The position numbers and the translations under genes were made by a program. A stretch of 64,000 nucleotides of DNA. Source: an uncultured Actinomycetes bacterium. Lineage in GTDB: Bacteria > Actinomycetota > Thermoleophilia > Gaiellales > JAICJC01. Each line of letters opens with the position of its first letter. The stretch's first letter is position 1. The stretch is taken from NCBI GenBank assembly GCA_963708725.1, contig CAVPTL010000008.1, positions 733,697-797,696 of the forward strand. Direction: 5' to 3'. The notes beneath the pieces are model-generated. The model did no database searches. It saw only the letters and a program-made list of their open reading frames with translations, and was not told the DNA's origin. Below are positions 19,633 through 28,137 of the stretch, piece after piece.

Positions 19633-20823
19633 ATGGATTTTGAGCTCACTCCCGCGCAGCGCGAGCTGCGCGATCGCGCGGCCCGCTTCGTCGACGAGGA
19701 GTGCATTCCCCACGAGGTTGCGGCCGAGCTGAACCATGGGCCGCTCGACCCGGCCATTGTCAAGCGGATTCAGGAGCGTGCGCGTGACGCTCGGCTGACC
19801 GGCGGAAATCACGAGACCACGTACGGCGGCCAGGGCTGGAACGCGTTTGAGCAGGTGCTCGTGCAGGAGGAGCTCGGCCGCAACACCAACGGCATCTGGT
19901 GGGTGATCGGCGGCGGCTACAACGTGCTCTCGCGCGGCACCCCTGAGCAGATCGAGCGCTATCTGCTGCCGACCCTGCGCGGCGAGCGTGCCGACGCCTA
20001 CGCCGTCACCGAGGGTGGCTCGGGATCCGATCCGGGTGGGATCAGCACCACGGCCGAGCGCACCGCGGGCGGCTGGCGGATCAAGGGCGAGAAGTGGTTT
20101 GTGACCTCGGGCGACGTGTGCGACTTCGACATCGTCATGACCAACGTGATCGACGGCGATCGGCGCCTGCCGACGCTGTTTCTGGTCGACCGCGACCGGC
20201 CCGGCATCGAGATCGTCGACAACCCGCCGTTCACGCATAGCTATCCCCACGGCCACCCCACCGTCCGCTACGACGTCGAGGTCGCCGAGGATGCGGTGCT
20301 GGGGGGTCCCGACGCGATCGGTCGCGGTGACGAGATGCAGAATGAGTGGTTCGTCGAGGAGCGGATCCATATCGCCGCTCGGTGTGTCGGCGCGATGCGC
20401 CGGCTGCTGGCCGAATCGGTCGAGTGGGCGATGGAGCGCGAGCAGTTTGGCGAACGCATCTACGACTTCCAGGGCGTCAGTTTTCCGCTGGCCGATTCGG
20501 CTGCGGATTGTGCCGCGGCGCGCCTATTGACCTATCAGGTCGCTCAGATGGTTGACGACGGCGCCGATCCCAAGCTCATTCATGGCCGCGCCGCGATGGC
20601 CAAGCTGTTCGCCTCGGAGGCCGCCTACCGCTGTGCCGATCGGGCTGTGCAGACCTTTGGTGGCCGAGGCTATATGCGCACCTACACGGCCGAGCGTTTC
20701 CTGCGCGAGCTGCGGGTCGACCGGATCTGGGAGGGCACGTCCGAGATCCAGCGCCTGATCGTCGCCCGTGGGCTGGAGAAGCGCGGCGTGGAGCGCATGC
20801 TCTCGCCTCTGCGCGAGGTGTAA
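19633..20823 (+). CDS. Acyl-CoA dehydrogenase
   Basis: 396 aa with typical ACAD layout, ending in the C-terminal motif IWEGTSEIQRLIVAR. Confidence 0.88.
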   Translation: MDFELTPAQRELRDRAARFVDEECIPHEVAAELNHGPLDPAIVKRIQERARDARLTGGNHETTYGGQGWNAFEQVLVQEELGRNTNGIWWVIGGGYNVLSRGTPEQIERYLLPTLRGERADAYAVTEGGSGSDPGGISTTAERTAGGWRIKGEKWFVTSGDVCDFDIVMTNVIDGDRRLPTLFLVDRDRPGIEIVDNPPFTHSYPHGHPTVRYDVEVAEDAVLGGPDAIGRGDEMQNEWFVEERIHIAARCVGAMRRLLAESVEWAMEREQFGERIYDFQGVSFPLADSAADCAAARLLTYQVAQMVDDGADPKLIHGRAAMAKLFASEAAYRCADRAVQTFGGRGYMRTYTAERFLRELRVDRIWEGTSEIQRLIVARGLEKRGVERMLSPLREV

Positions 20824-20832
20824 CCGCGGCGG

Positions 20833-20861
20833 TTGATCGCCGACCGGCGATTGCGTACTGT
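20833..20861 (+). promoter_or_regulatory. Candidate promoter TTGATC-N17-TACTGT with the shared TACTGTATCCA motif (gntR-family gene)
   Basis: TTGATC lies at 20833-20838 and TACTGT at 20856-20861, followed by ATCCA. Confidence 0.5.
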
Positions 20862-20904
20862 ATCCATCATCCAACCGTCCGGTCGTCAGATTCAGATCGC
20901 AAGC

Positions 20905-21510
20905 GTGGTCGATCAGGTCCACGCCATCCTGCGGGAGCAGATCCTCAACGGAGAGTTGCCGCGTGGCTCGCGGCTGCCTCAGGAGACGATCGCCGCGGAG
21001 CTCGGCGTGTCACGCACGCCGTTGCGCGAGGCCTTGCGGCGGCTGGCGAGTGAGGGGCTGGTGACGCTTCAACCCAATCACGGCGCGACCGTGGCCGGCC
21101 TCGACTTCTCCGACCTGCATGACGCCTGGGTGGCGCGGCTGGCGATCGAGCCCTCGGCCGCGCGGCTGGCGGCTGAGCGCCGCGACCCGGACGAGCTCGA
21201 GCGGATGGCGGCGGCGATCGCATCCCAGCGGCGGGTGGGCGACGCGGCCTCGGGCCTCGACGCCAACCGCGAGTTTCACCTGGCGCTGGTCGCGGCCTCC
21301 GGAAACCGGCACTTCGATCACTTCGCCCACATGCTGTGGGTATCGCGAATCTCGGTCGCGATCTACACCGCCCAGGCCAGCGAATCGGCCGGCGTCGACG
21401 GCTGGGCGGACGAGCACGAAGCGATCCTGGCCGCGATCACGGCAGCCGACGGCGACCGCGCCGAACACCTCACCCGCGCCCACATCGAGCGCCACCCACC
21501 CCTCCGGTGA
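20905..21510 (+). CDS. GntR-family regulator (FadR/FCD-type C-terminal domain)
   Basis: The wHTH reads LPQETIAAELGVSRTPLREALRRLASEGLV. The start is moved to the in-frame GTG 20905 because the ORF-track start at 20833 coincides with the predicted -35 hexamer. Confidence 0.82.
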   Translation: MVDQVHAILREQILNGELPRGSRLPQETIAAELGVSRTPLREALRRLASEGLVTLQPNHGATVAGLDFSDLHDAWVARLAIEPSAARLAAERRDPDELERMAAAIASQRRVGDAASGLDANREFHLALVAASGNRHFDHFAHMLWVSRISVAIYTAQASESAGVDGWADEHEAILAAITAADGDRAEHLTRAHIERHPPLR

Positions 21511-21537
21511 ATAACGGTGCCAGGCACCGTTATTCAC
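21507..21537. repeat. Palindromic intergenic repeat copy 4 (31 nt, perfect, centre A; dyad extends to 21504-21540)
   Basis: Sequence ccgGTGAATAACGGTGCCAGGCACCGTTATTCACcgg. The TGA at 21508-21510 is the gntR stop. Confidence 0.9.
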
Positions 21538-21550
21538 CGGCGCTACAGGT

Positions 21551-23089
21551 CTAGATGGCGGTGTCCGGCGGGGCCGGCGTGAAGTCGAGGTTCTCGTCCA
21601 GTGGAGCGACGCCGCGATGTTCGGCGGCGTGCTGGGCGGCGTTCTTCACGTTGTCCGGTCGTGCGACCTTGACCACGACGAACCACACCAGTGCAATCAC
21701 GACCACCGCCAGCGCCCAGTAGAACGCGAGCCAGTTGTAGTTGGTTGTGTCGTGCGGAGCCGGCTTGAGTGCTCCGTAGAAGCCTTGCAGCGGAGTCAGC
21801 ACAGCCACCAGCACGATCAGGTACTGCCACCATTTGCCGCCGTGACGGGCGAGCAGTACCAGGCCACCGATGGCGAGCAGCAGGTACACGATCTCGATCG
21901 CGAACGAGCCCGCCGTCGCCGAAACGATGAAGGTCGAGAACTCCTTCGACCCGAAGATCGGCACGAACTTGTCCATCGTGCTGGTCGTCGACATGATCAG
22001 CAGGAACACACTGCCGACCACGATCACCAGGTTGCCCACCCATGGAGTGTTGTGCCGCGAGGTCTTGGCGAACACCTTGGGCAGCAGGCCGTCGCGGCCC
22101 AGCGCGAAGTAGCCGCGGCCGAGAGCCACGCACACCGCCAGTCCGAGTGCGGTCGCGTCGAGAATCACGACCAGGTCGATCAGGGTGCCCAGCCACGATC
22201 CCACGTACTGCTTGGCCATCGTGTCGAGCGCGGCCGGGTCGAGTGCCCACGCGCCCTTCTCGATCGCCGCTTTGCCGTAGCCGATCGTCATCGCGTAGGC
22301 CATGATCACGAAGAACACCGAGGAGGCTGCGATCGCCCCGAGCACGGCGCGGGGAATCGACTTGTACGGGTCGCTCGACTCCTCGCCGATCGATGCGGCG
22401 GCCTCGAATCCGACGAACAGCAAAATGCCGAGCAGGATGCCGCCGAGCACCCCGCCGCCGGTGACGCCGAACAGCGATGTCTGGCCGGGGTTGAACACCT
22501 GGAGCGTGTTACCGTCGGCGCCGCCCTGCGCGATGATCGCCACCGCGAGGATCAGCATCGGGATGAACGAGATCGCCGCGAACGCGAGCATCGCCCCGAT
22601 GGCCAGCCGCACGCCGAGGTAGTTGAGGATGAGCACGATCACCATCATGATCCCGCCGAGTACCCACCAGGCGGGCGCGTTTGACGCGTCGCCGATGTGG
22701 TTGACCCAGAAGCCGTTGAGCAGTACGCCGAGGCCGACGTAGATACCGCCGCCGCCGAGAAACAACGTGCCGACGAAGAAGATCCCGGCCGCGATGATGC
22801 CGACATAGGGATGCGTACCGTGGGTCAGGTACTCATAGACGGCGCCTGCGCCCGCGTACCGACGAGCGTGCAGCGACAGCGCGTATCCGATCGCGAGCAC
22901 ACCGAGGCCCGCGAGCAGCACCGCCAGGGCGGCGTTGAACCCCGCGCCTGTGGCGGGATTGGAGACTGCTCCGAGAACCAATGCGACCGAGAACATCGGC
23001 CCGATTGCAAGTGCCTGTGCGATCGCGTGGATCGTCGTCAGGTTGCGTTCACCCAGCTGGCCGCTGGGGGCGGGTGCGTCACTGGCCAT
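21551..23089 (-). CDS. APC-superfamily amino acid permease
   Basis: 512 aa with about 12 TM segments and typical APC composition. A GAAGGAG RBS precedes the ATG. Confidence 0.82.
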   Translation of the reverse strand: MASDAPAPSGQLGERNLTTIHAIAQALAIGPMFSVALVLGAVSNPATGAGFNAALAVLLAGLGVLAIGYALSLHARRYAGAGAVYEYLTHGTHPYVGIIAAGIFFVGTLFLGGGGIYVGLGVLLNGFWVNHIGDASNAPAWWVLGGIMMVIVLILNYLGVRLAIGAMLAFAAISFIPMLILAVAIIAQGGADGNTLQVFNPGQTSLFGVTGGGVLGGILLGILLFVGFEAAASIGEESSDPYKSIPRAVLGAIAASSVFFVIMAYAMTIGYGKAAIEKGAWALDPAALDTMAKQYVGSWLGTLIDLVVILDATALGLAVCVALGRGYFALGRDGLLPKVFAKTSRHNTPWVGNLVIVVGSVFLLIMSTTSTMDKFVPIFGSKEFSTFIVSATAGSFAIEIVYLLLAIGGLVLLARHGGKWWQYLIVLVAVLTPLQGFYGALKPAPHDTTNYNWLAFYWALAVVVIALVWFVVVKVARPDNVKNAAQHAAEHRGVAPLDENLDFTPAPPDTAI

Positions 23090-23151
23090 GTCGCCACTCC
23101 TTCGTACGGACGAAATGAGTACGCGCCGATCGGCGCGAGAGAAGAGTGGAT

Positions 23152-23180
23152 ACAGTATTCAGTTCGGTCGGCGCCGTCAA
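23152..23180 (-). promoter_or_regulatory. Candidate promoter TTGACG-N17-TACTGT with the TACTGTATCCA motif (permease gene)
   Basis: On the minus strand, TTGACG lies at 23180..23175 and TACTGT at 23157..23152, followed by ATCCA. The perfect 14-nt palindrome gcgccgatcggcgc lies in the 5' UTR. Confidence 0.5.
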
Positions 23181-23193
23181 GAGCGGCGGCGGG

Positions 23194-23628
23194 CTAGCAG
23201 CTCACGGGGCCGATAACTTGCGGCGCCGACATCGCGCTGTACGAGGACTCCGACGAGAATGTGGTGGCTACCTCGATATACAGGTGGCCGCTGGATATAG
23301 GGGAGTGCCAGTACCCGTTGGACGCCGGCAGCGCCACGACGCCCATGCTCGTGTACGGCCCTCCCGACGACGTTGCGTAGAACGCTGCGACGGAGTCGCC
23401 CCCCGAACCACCGGGGACAGTGAAGCTCACTTGAACAGTTGTTACACCGGCACCGAAGCAGCCGGCATAGCCGGCAGTGACGCTGGTTGGCGTCAAAAGC
23501 GGCAGGCCGCTGGTGAACGCGGTCGTGTCCGATGTGGTCGACGTCCAGGTGGCAAGCGCCGCACCCGTCGGCGCAGCGAGGATGGTCGCGACGGCGAGTA
23601 TCACCCAGAGCGTCCGCGACCGGGTCAC
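23194..23628 (-). CDS. Small secreted protein with a SipW-cognate-like signal peptide (accessory subunit candidate)
   Basis: GTG 23628 overlaps the signal-peptidase stop (GTGA). The N-terminus VTRSRTLWVILAVATILAAPTGAALATWTSTTS resembles the G-x-x-A-x-aromatic-T/S junction of the upstream paralogs. Confidence 0.55.
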   Translation of the reverse strand: MTRSRTLWVILAVATILAAPTGAALATWTSTTSDTTAFTSGLPLLTPTSVTAGYAGCFGAGVTTVQVSFTVPGGSGGDSVAAFYATSSGGPYTSMGVVALPASNGYWHSPISSGHLYIEVATTFSSESSYSAMSAPQVIGPVSC

Positions 23629-24143
23629 GTTTCCCACCAGACGTCGCTCTCTCGCCGGCGCCATTCACGCAGCGCGAGTTTGCCGACCGCAACCGCTGCG
23701 ACCAGCAGCCCCGCACCGGCCAGCGTCACCGGCGAGCGCACCGCCACGATCACGTATCCCGCCCAGGGTAGGTCCTGCTGGGCCACCCACACAGTGCGGT
23801 CGGCGAGCCGTGCCCGCCAGGGGTCGACCACTGGGTTGGCATCCCCGCGGGTGGTGATCACCGGTCGCGCTCCGGCCATCTGGATTTTCACCACGCGGTG
23901 CATGACGAGATGGTGGTCGAGCACGGGGATGTGGTAGACGACGACCTGGCCAACTCGCAGTGCGGAGATCGGCTCGGGTGTCACGAACGCGGCCGAGCCG
24001 GTGGGATAGGTCGGCGTCATGCTGCCCGAGAGCACCGGCAGCATCCGCACCCGCCCGCTGAGTTGGGCGGCGACGAGCGCCAGGGCAGCCACGGCGATGA
24101 TGCATGCCAACCCGGTCGTGAGCCGGCCCGCAAGCGTCCTCAT
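23625..24143 (-). CDS. Signal peptidase I, SipW/archaeal-eukaryal (Ser-His) type
   Basis: N-terminal TM, then LSGSMTPTYPTGS (catalytic Ser box), MHRVV (His box), TRGDANPVVD, and a C-terminal TM. Confidence 0.8.
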   Translation of the reverse strand: MRTLAGRLTTGLACIIAVAALALVAAQLSGRVRMLPVLSGSMTPTYPTGSAAFVTPEPISALRVGQVVVYHIPVLDHHLVMHRVVKIQMAGARPVITTRGDANPVVDPWRARLADRTVWVAQQDLPWAGYVIVAVRSPVTLAGAGLLVAAVAVGKLALREWRRRESDVWWET

Positions 24144-24165
24144 GATGTCTGACTCTTTAGCCTGA

Positions 24166-24762
24166 TCAGTGGCCGGTGAAGACGAGCCGGATGCCCGAGG
24201 TCTTGGCCTCGAACGAGTTGTCGGCGGTCGATGGCAGCGTGAAGGTGACCACCAGGTGGTCGGTATTGCCGCCGTCGACCGCGGTCAGGTTGTCGAGCGA
24301 GAGGTTCGACCCGATCACCGGTCGCGCGGCCAGGACGCTGTCGGTGGTTCCCGGGCAGGTGTAGGTGAAGTTCGGCGACGTCCCGCTCTCTGTCCATGAC
24401 GTCGAGCAGCGGTCGATCGTGAACTGCAGGCCGTCGGTGGTATCGGTGTCGAGAATCGAGCTGGGGCTCGCGGTCGTGGTCAGCGTGATCGAGGAGAGGT
24501 CGACCGAGCCGGAGTTGACCAGGTCGACGCTGCGCTGCACCGAGTCGCCCGGCGTCTCGTCGGTCGCGTCGACGTCGAGCCGGTTGCTCTGGCCACCGGT
24601 GGCGCCGACGTCCAGCGTGAGCGTCCCGGTCGAGAACGTGTGGGTCACCGCATTGGTGGAGCTGGTGAACCCGGCGTACACGCCGATACCGGCGATCAGG
24701 AGCGCGATCACGATCACCACCGGCAGGATGAAGAATCGTTTACGTCTGTCGTGAAAGCGCAT
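24166..24762 (-). CDS. TasA/camelysin-like secreted protein, paralog 1
   Basis: The signal anchor ends in GVYAGFTSST. Conserved blocks: GDS.QRSVDLVNSGSVDLSSITLTTTASPSSILDTDTTDGLQFTIDRCS...TYTC. Confidence 0.72.
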   Translation of the reverse strand: MRFHDRRKRFFILPVVIVIALLIAGIGVYAGFTSSTNAVTHTFSTGTLTLDVGATGGQSNRLDVDATDETPGDSVQRSVDLVNSGSVDLSSITLTTTASPSSILDTDTTDGLQFTIDRCSTSWTESGTSPNFTYTCPGTTDSVLAARPVIGSNLSLDNLTAVDGGNTDHLVVTFTLPSTADNSFEAKTSGIRLVFTGH

Positions 24763-24840
24763 CAGCGGTGCTCCGTTGCCGGTTGAAGGTCGTTCCAGGT
24801 CGCCCCAGTAGTCGGACGGGCGTGGCCCCGGTTGAGCGCG

Positions 24841-25554
24841 TCACTTGTCGGTGGCCGCGCGCTGGGTGCCGGTGAAGGCGTAGGTGATCGTCGAGCTGAG
24901 ACCCTGGGTGGAGTTCGATGTGCCCGACGGCAGGGTCAGCGTGACCCGCAGGTGGTTGCTCGCGCCGGCTGTGAGCGTGAGGTTCGAAAGCGTCAGGTTC
25001 GACCCGATCACCGCGCGCGATGCCAGCACACTGGTGGTGGTGCCGCTGCAGGTGTAGGTGAAGGCCGGCGAGGTACCCGCCTCGGTCCAAGCCACCGAGC
25101 ACTTGTCGATCACCATCTGGAGGCCGTTGGTGGTGTCGGTGTCGAGCAGCGAGCTGGGGCTGGCGGTGGTGGTCAGCGTGATCGAGGCGAGGTCGATCGC
25201 GCCGGAGTTGTTGAGATCGACACTGCGCTGCATGGTGTCGCCTGCGACGATGCCGCTGGCGTTGATGTTCAGGCGGTTGGTCGACGCCCCGGTGGCTCCC
25301 AGGGCCACGGTGATCGTGCCCGAGCCGATCGTGTTCGACTGCGAGGCGGTGCTGGTGTAGGTCGCGTACACCCCGGCTCCACCGAGCGAGGCCGCGAGTG
25401 CGATGCCCCCTAGCGCGACTGGCCTGATGGCGACCCCTGCTCCCTGCCTACCGGAGAAGAACAGTGGATAGGTCGCTGTGAACCGGAACAGTCGCAGCGA
25501 GACGATCATCGCGGCAAACACGATCACGGTCAGATCGGTGGCGAGGGGGTGCAT
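24841..25554 (-). CDS. TasA/camelysin-like secreted protein, paralog 2 (start uncertain)
   Basis: Same conserved blocks as paralog 1, and very close to paralog 3. The ORF has a longer hydrophobic N-terminus, so the true start may be internal. Confidence 0.7.
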   Translation of the reverse strand: MHPLATDLTVIVFAAMIVSLRLFRFTATYPLFFSGRQGAGVAIRPVALGGIALAASLGGAGVYATYTSTASQSNTIGSGTITVALGATGASTNRLNINASGIVAGDTMQRSVDLNNSGAIDLASITLTTTASPSSLLDTDTTNGLQMVIDKCSVAWTEAGTSPAFTYTCSGTTTSVLASRAVIGSNLTLSNLTLTAGASNHLRVTLTLPSGTSNSTQGLSSTITYAFTGTQRAATDK

Positions 25555-25583
25555 CAGCTCGATCCCGCGGCCCGGCCTCGGGC

Positions 25584-26204
25584 CTACTCGTTGGTGGCGG
25601 CGCGCTGGCTGCCGATGAAGGCGCAGGAGATCGTCGAGGACAGCCCCTGGAGCGTGTTCGGGGCGGTCGCCGGCAGCGCCAGCGTCACCCGCAGGTGGTT
25701 GCTGGCGCCGGCAGTCACGGTCATGTTGGAGAGCGCGATGGCCGAGCCGATCACGGCCTGGGACGCCAGCACGCTCGAGCTGGAGCCGCTGCAGGTGTAG
25801 GTGTACGCCGGCGATGTGCCGGCTTCAGTCCACGGCACCGAGCATTTGTCGATCGTGATCTGAAGGCCGTTGGTGGCGTCGGTGTCGAGCAACGAGCTGG
25901 GGCTGGCCGTCGTGGTCAGGGTGATCGAGCCGAGGTCGGTCGAGCCGGTGTTGTTGACATCGACGCTGCGCTGCATCGTGTCGCCGGCGACGATCCCGCT
26001 GGCGTTCACGTTCAGGCGGTTGGTCGAGGCGCCAGTCGCTCCCAGGGCGATCGTGACAGTGCCCGACGACACCGTGATCGATTGCGTAGCGCTGGCGGTG
26101 AAGGTCGCATACACGCCGACTCCGCCGGCGAGGGCGACCAGCAGCACCACGCCGACGACGGCGGCAAGAAAGCGGGGACGGCGGATTCGGGCTGAAGTCC
26201 TCAT
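25584..26204 (-). CDS. TasA/camelysin-like secreted protein, paralog 3
   Basis: MRTSARIRRPRFLAAVVGVVLLVALAGGVGVYATFTASAT..., with the same conserved blocks and Cys pair. Confidence 0.72.
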   Translation of the reverse strand: MRTSARIRRPRFLAAVVGVVLLVALAGGVGVYATFTASATQSITVSSGTVTIALGATGASTNRLNVNASGIVAGDTMQRSVDVNNTGSTDLGSITLTTTASPSSLLDTDATNGLQITIDKCSVPWTEAGTSPAYTYTCSGSSSSVLASQAVIGSAIALSNMTVTAGASNHLRVTLALPATAPNTLQGLSSTISCAFIGSQRAATNE

Positions 26205-26242
26205 CGCCCCGGTAGTCGGACACCCTCAGCCCGTCTTGAGAG

Positions 26243-26839
26243 CTAGTGGTTTCCCGCGGCCCGCTGCGTGGCGTTGAACGTCCAGGTGCAGGTGGACGTG
26301 AGGTAGAGCATCGAGGTCGAGGGGCCGGGGAGGTTGACAGAAAGCCTCAGATGGTTACTCGCACCCCCGGTGAGCGTGAGGTTCGAGAGCGCGATGCCGG
26401 TGCCGGCAATCGCGCGGGAGGCGAGCACCGAGGTTGTCGTTCCACCGCAGGTGTAGGTGTAGTTGGGGCTGGTGCCCGACTCGGTCCATGCCACCGAGCA
26501 CTTGTCGATCACGATGTGCAGGCCGTTGGTGGTGTCGGTGTTGAGGGCGGAGCTTGGGCTGAAGCTGGTCGTGAGCGTCACCGATGCCAGGTCGGCGGTT
26601 CCCGACACGTTCAGATCGAAGCTGCGATAGATCGTGTTGCCGATGACCATGCTCGGCGCCGCCACGGAGAGCCGGTTGGTCGAGGCGCCGCCGGCACCAA
26701 GCGCAACCGTGACGGTGGCCGACGACACCGACTGGGCCTGCGATGTCACCCCCGTGTACCCGGCGTACACACCGAATCCGGCGAGCGCCGCGGCGATCGC
26801 GATCACGGCGATGCCGGTTGCTCCCAGATGGCGCATCAC
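26243..26839 (-). CDS. TasA/camelysin-like secreted protein, paralog 4
   Basis: The most divergent paralog (GVYAGYTGVTS...LTTSFSPSSALNTDTTNGLHIVIDKCS...TYTC). Confidence 0.7.
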   Translation of the reverse strand: MMRHLGATGIAVIAIAAALAGFGVYAGYTGVTSQAQSVSSATVTVALGAGGASTNRLSVAAPSMVIGNTIYRSFDLNVSGTADLASVTLTTSFSPSSALNTDTTNGLHIVIDKCSVAWTESGTSPNYTYTCGGTTTSVLASRAIAGTGIALSNLTLTGGASNHLRLSVNLPGPSTSMLYLTSTCTWTFNATQRAAGNH

Positions 26840-26892
26840 GCCCGGGAAATCGGCGTGAATCCTTTCGAGTTAAGACCGCGCGGAGGGCGACC

Positions 26893-27726
26893 TCAGCGTT
26901 CGAACTGCACCGGATTTCGCAGCGTGCCCACGCCGGGAACAGTGATCTCGACCACTTCGCCGTCGCGCAGATACCGCGGCGGCGTCCGCGAGTCGCCCAC
27001 CCCGGCCGGTGTGCCGGTGGCAATCACATCGCCGGGCTCGAGGGTCATCCCCTGCGAGACGTACTGGATCAACTCGACGATCGAGAAGATCAGATGCTTG
27101 GTGTTGGAGCTCTGCATCGTCTCGCCGTCGACCGTGGTGGAGATGGCGATGTCGTCGAACTCGAACCCGTCGGCCGAGGCGACGCAGGGGCCAAACGGCG
27201 CGAAGGTGTCGAAGCTCTTGCCCAGCGTGAACTGCCGCAGCGGAGTTTCGAGCTGCGCACGACGGCCCGAGACGTCGTGCATGATCGAGATCCCGCCGAC
27301 CGCGTCGCGAGCGACCAGCTCGTCGGCCCGGTAGGTGCGACGACCGATCACGACCGCGACCTCGCCCTCCCAGTCGGGCCGGGTCTCCTCACGCGGGATC
27401 ACGATCGCCGCGTCGGGGCCGATCAGGGCCGAGGGGAACTTGGCGAAGACGACCGGTACGTCGGGCATCTCGAGCTTGGACTCCTCCGCGTGGTCGCGGT
27501 AGTTGAGCCCAATGGCGACGATCTTCTCGGGTACCGTCGGATGCAGCAGCGTGACGTCGGCGACGGCGAATGTCTCGCCGGCAGCCGATTCGAGGGCGCC
27601 CCAGTTCTCGATCGAGGGGATGAAGCCGTGCACGTCGCTGCCGCCGGCATCGACGATTGTGTCGCCCTCCAAGCGCCCGATCCGGGGAGCTCCCTCGGCG
27701 CCGACGCGATACCTCACTGCTTTCAT
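26893..27726 (-). CDS. Fumarylacetoacetate hydrolase (FAH) family protein
   Basis: 277 aa. The C-terminal FAH block reads GDVIATGTPAGVG. The ATG overlaps the upstream stop (ATGA). Confidence 0.82.
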   Translation of the reverse strand: MKAVRYRVGAEGAPRIGRLEGDTIVDAGGSDVHGFIPSIENWGALESAAGETFAVADVTLLHPTVPEKIVAIGLNYRDHAEESKLEMPDVPVVFAKFPSALIGPDAAIVIPREETRPDWEGEVAVVIGRRTYRADELVARDAVGGISIMHDVSGRRAQLETPLRQFTLGKSFDTFAPFGPCVASADGFEFDDIAISTTVDGETMQSSNTKHLIFSIVELIQYVSQGMTLEPGDVIATGTPAGVGDSRTPPRYLRDGEVVEITVPGVGTLRNPVQFER

Positions 27727-28088
27727 CGACCTTCCTCCGTCCTCAACACTTTGAGCGCGTTGATCGCGCGTGGAACGCCAGCATACGGTGTTGTCTGAAG
27801 AATCGTCTCTTCTATGTCACTCACCGGTACATCGATTGCCCGCAGCGCCTGGATGTGAGCGGCCACCTGGGGTTCGCAGCCGCCGAGCGTCACCAGACAC
27901 GCCAGGATGATCAACTCCCGGTCGCGCGCTCCCAGCCCGGGTCGGGTGTGTACCTCGCCGAATGTCCAATCCACCAGCCAATCGGCCATGGGGCTACCCA
28001 TCCGCTCGAGGAACGCCTCACCACCGGGGTGATCCCCCAGCTCGGCGAGCCTCGCGAGGCCGCGTTCGTGCCGTCCTTCGGGGTCCAT
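27723..28088 (-). CDS. Carboxymuconolactone decarboxylase (AhpD-like) family protein
   Basis: Start placed at MDPEGRHERGLARL (ATG 28088) after a GGAAGGAG RBS. Motif RELIILACLVTLGG. The ORF-track N-terminal extension overlaps the divergent gene and is implausible. Confidence 0.72.
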   Translation of the reverse strand: MDPEGRHERGLARLAELGDHPGGEAFLERMGSPMADWLVDWTFGEVHTRPGLGARDRELIILACLVTLGGCEPQVAAHIQALRAIDVPVSDIEETILQTTPYAGVPRAINALKVLRTEEGR

Positions 28089-28100
28089 CTGACTCCTTCC

Positions 28101-28129
28101 TTGACCGCTCGGCGCGGATCGCATACTGT
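28101..28129 (+). promoter_or_regulatory. Candidate promoter TTGACC-N17-TACTGT with the TACTGTATCCA motif, 8 nt before GTG 28138 (leaderless)
   Basis: TTGACC lies at 28101-28106 and TACTGT at 28124-28129, followed by ATCCA. Confidence 0.55.
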
Positions 28130-28137
28130 ATCCAATC

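Noticed and set aside
24166-26839. Repetitive DNA that might suggest a CRISPR array or tandem satellite
   Set aside because: The repeat unit is about 620-740 bp and each unit is a complete paralogous gene with signal peptide and stop. There is no short direct repeat/spacer organisation.
26858-26891. Short matches to pieces of the RNA cassette (aatcctttcg, gcggagggcgac) in the FAH-tasA intergenic region
   Set aside because: The matches are 10-12 nt, in a different order, and rich in SD/anti-SD-like purine and pyrimidine runs. This is insufficient to call a third copy.
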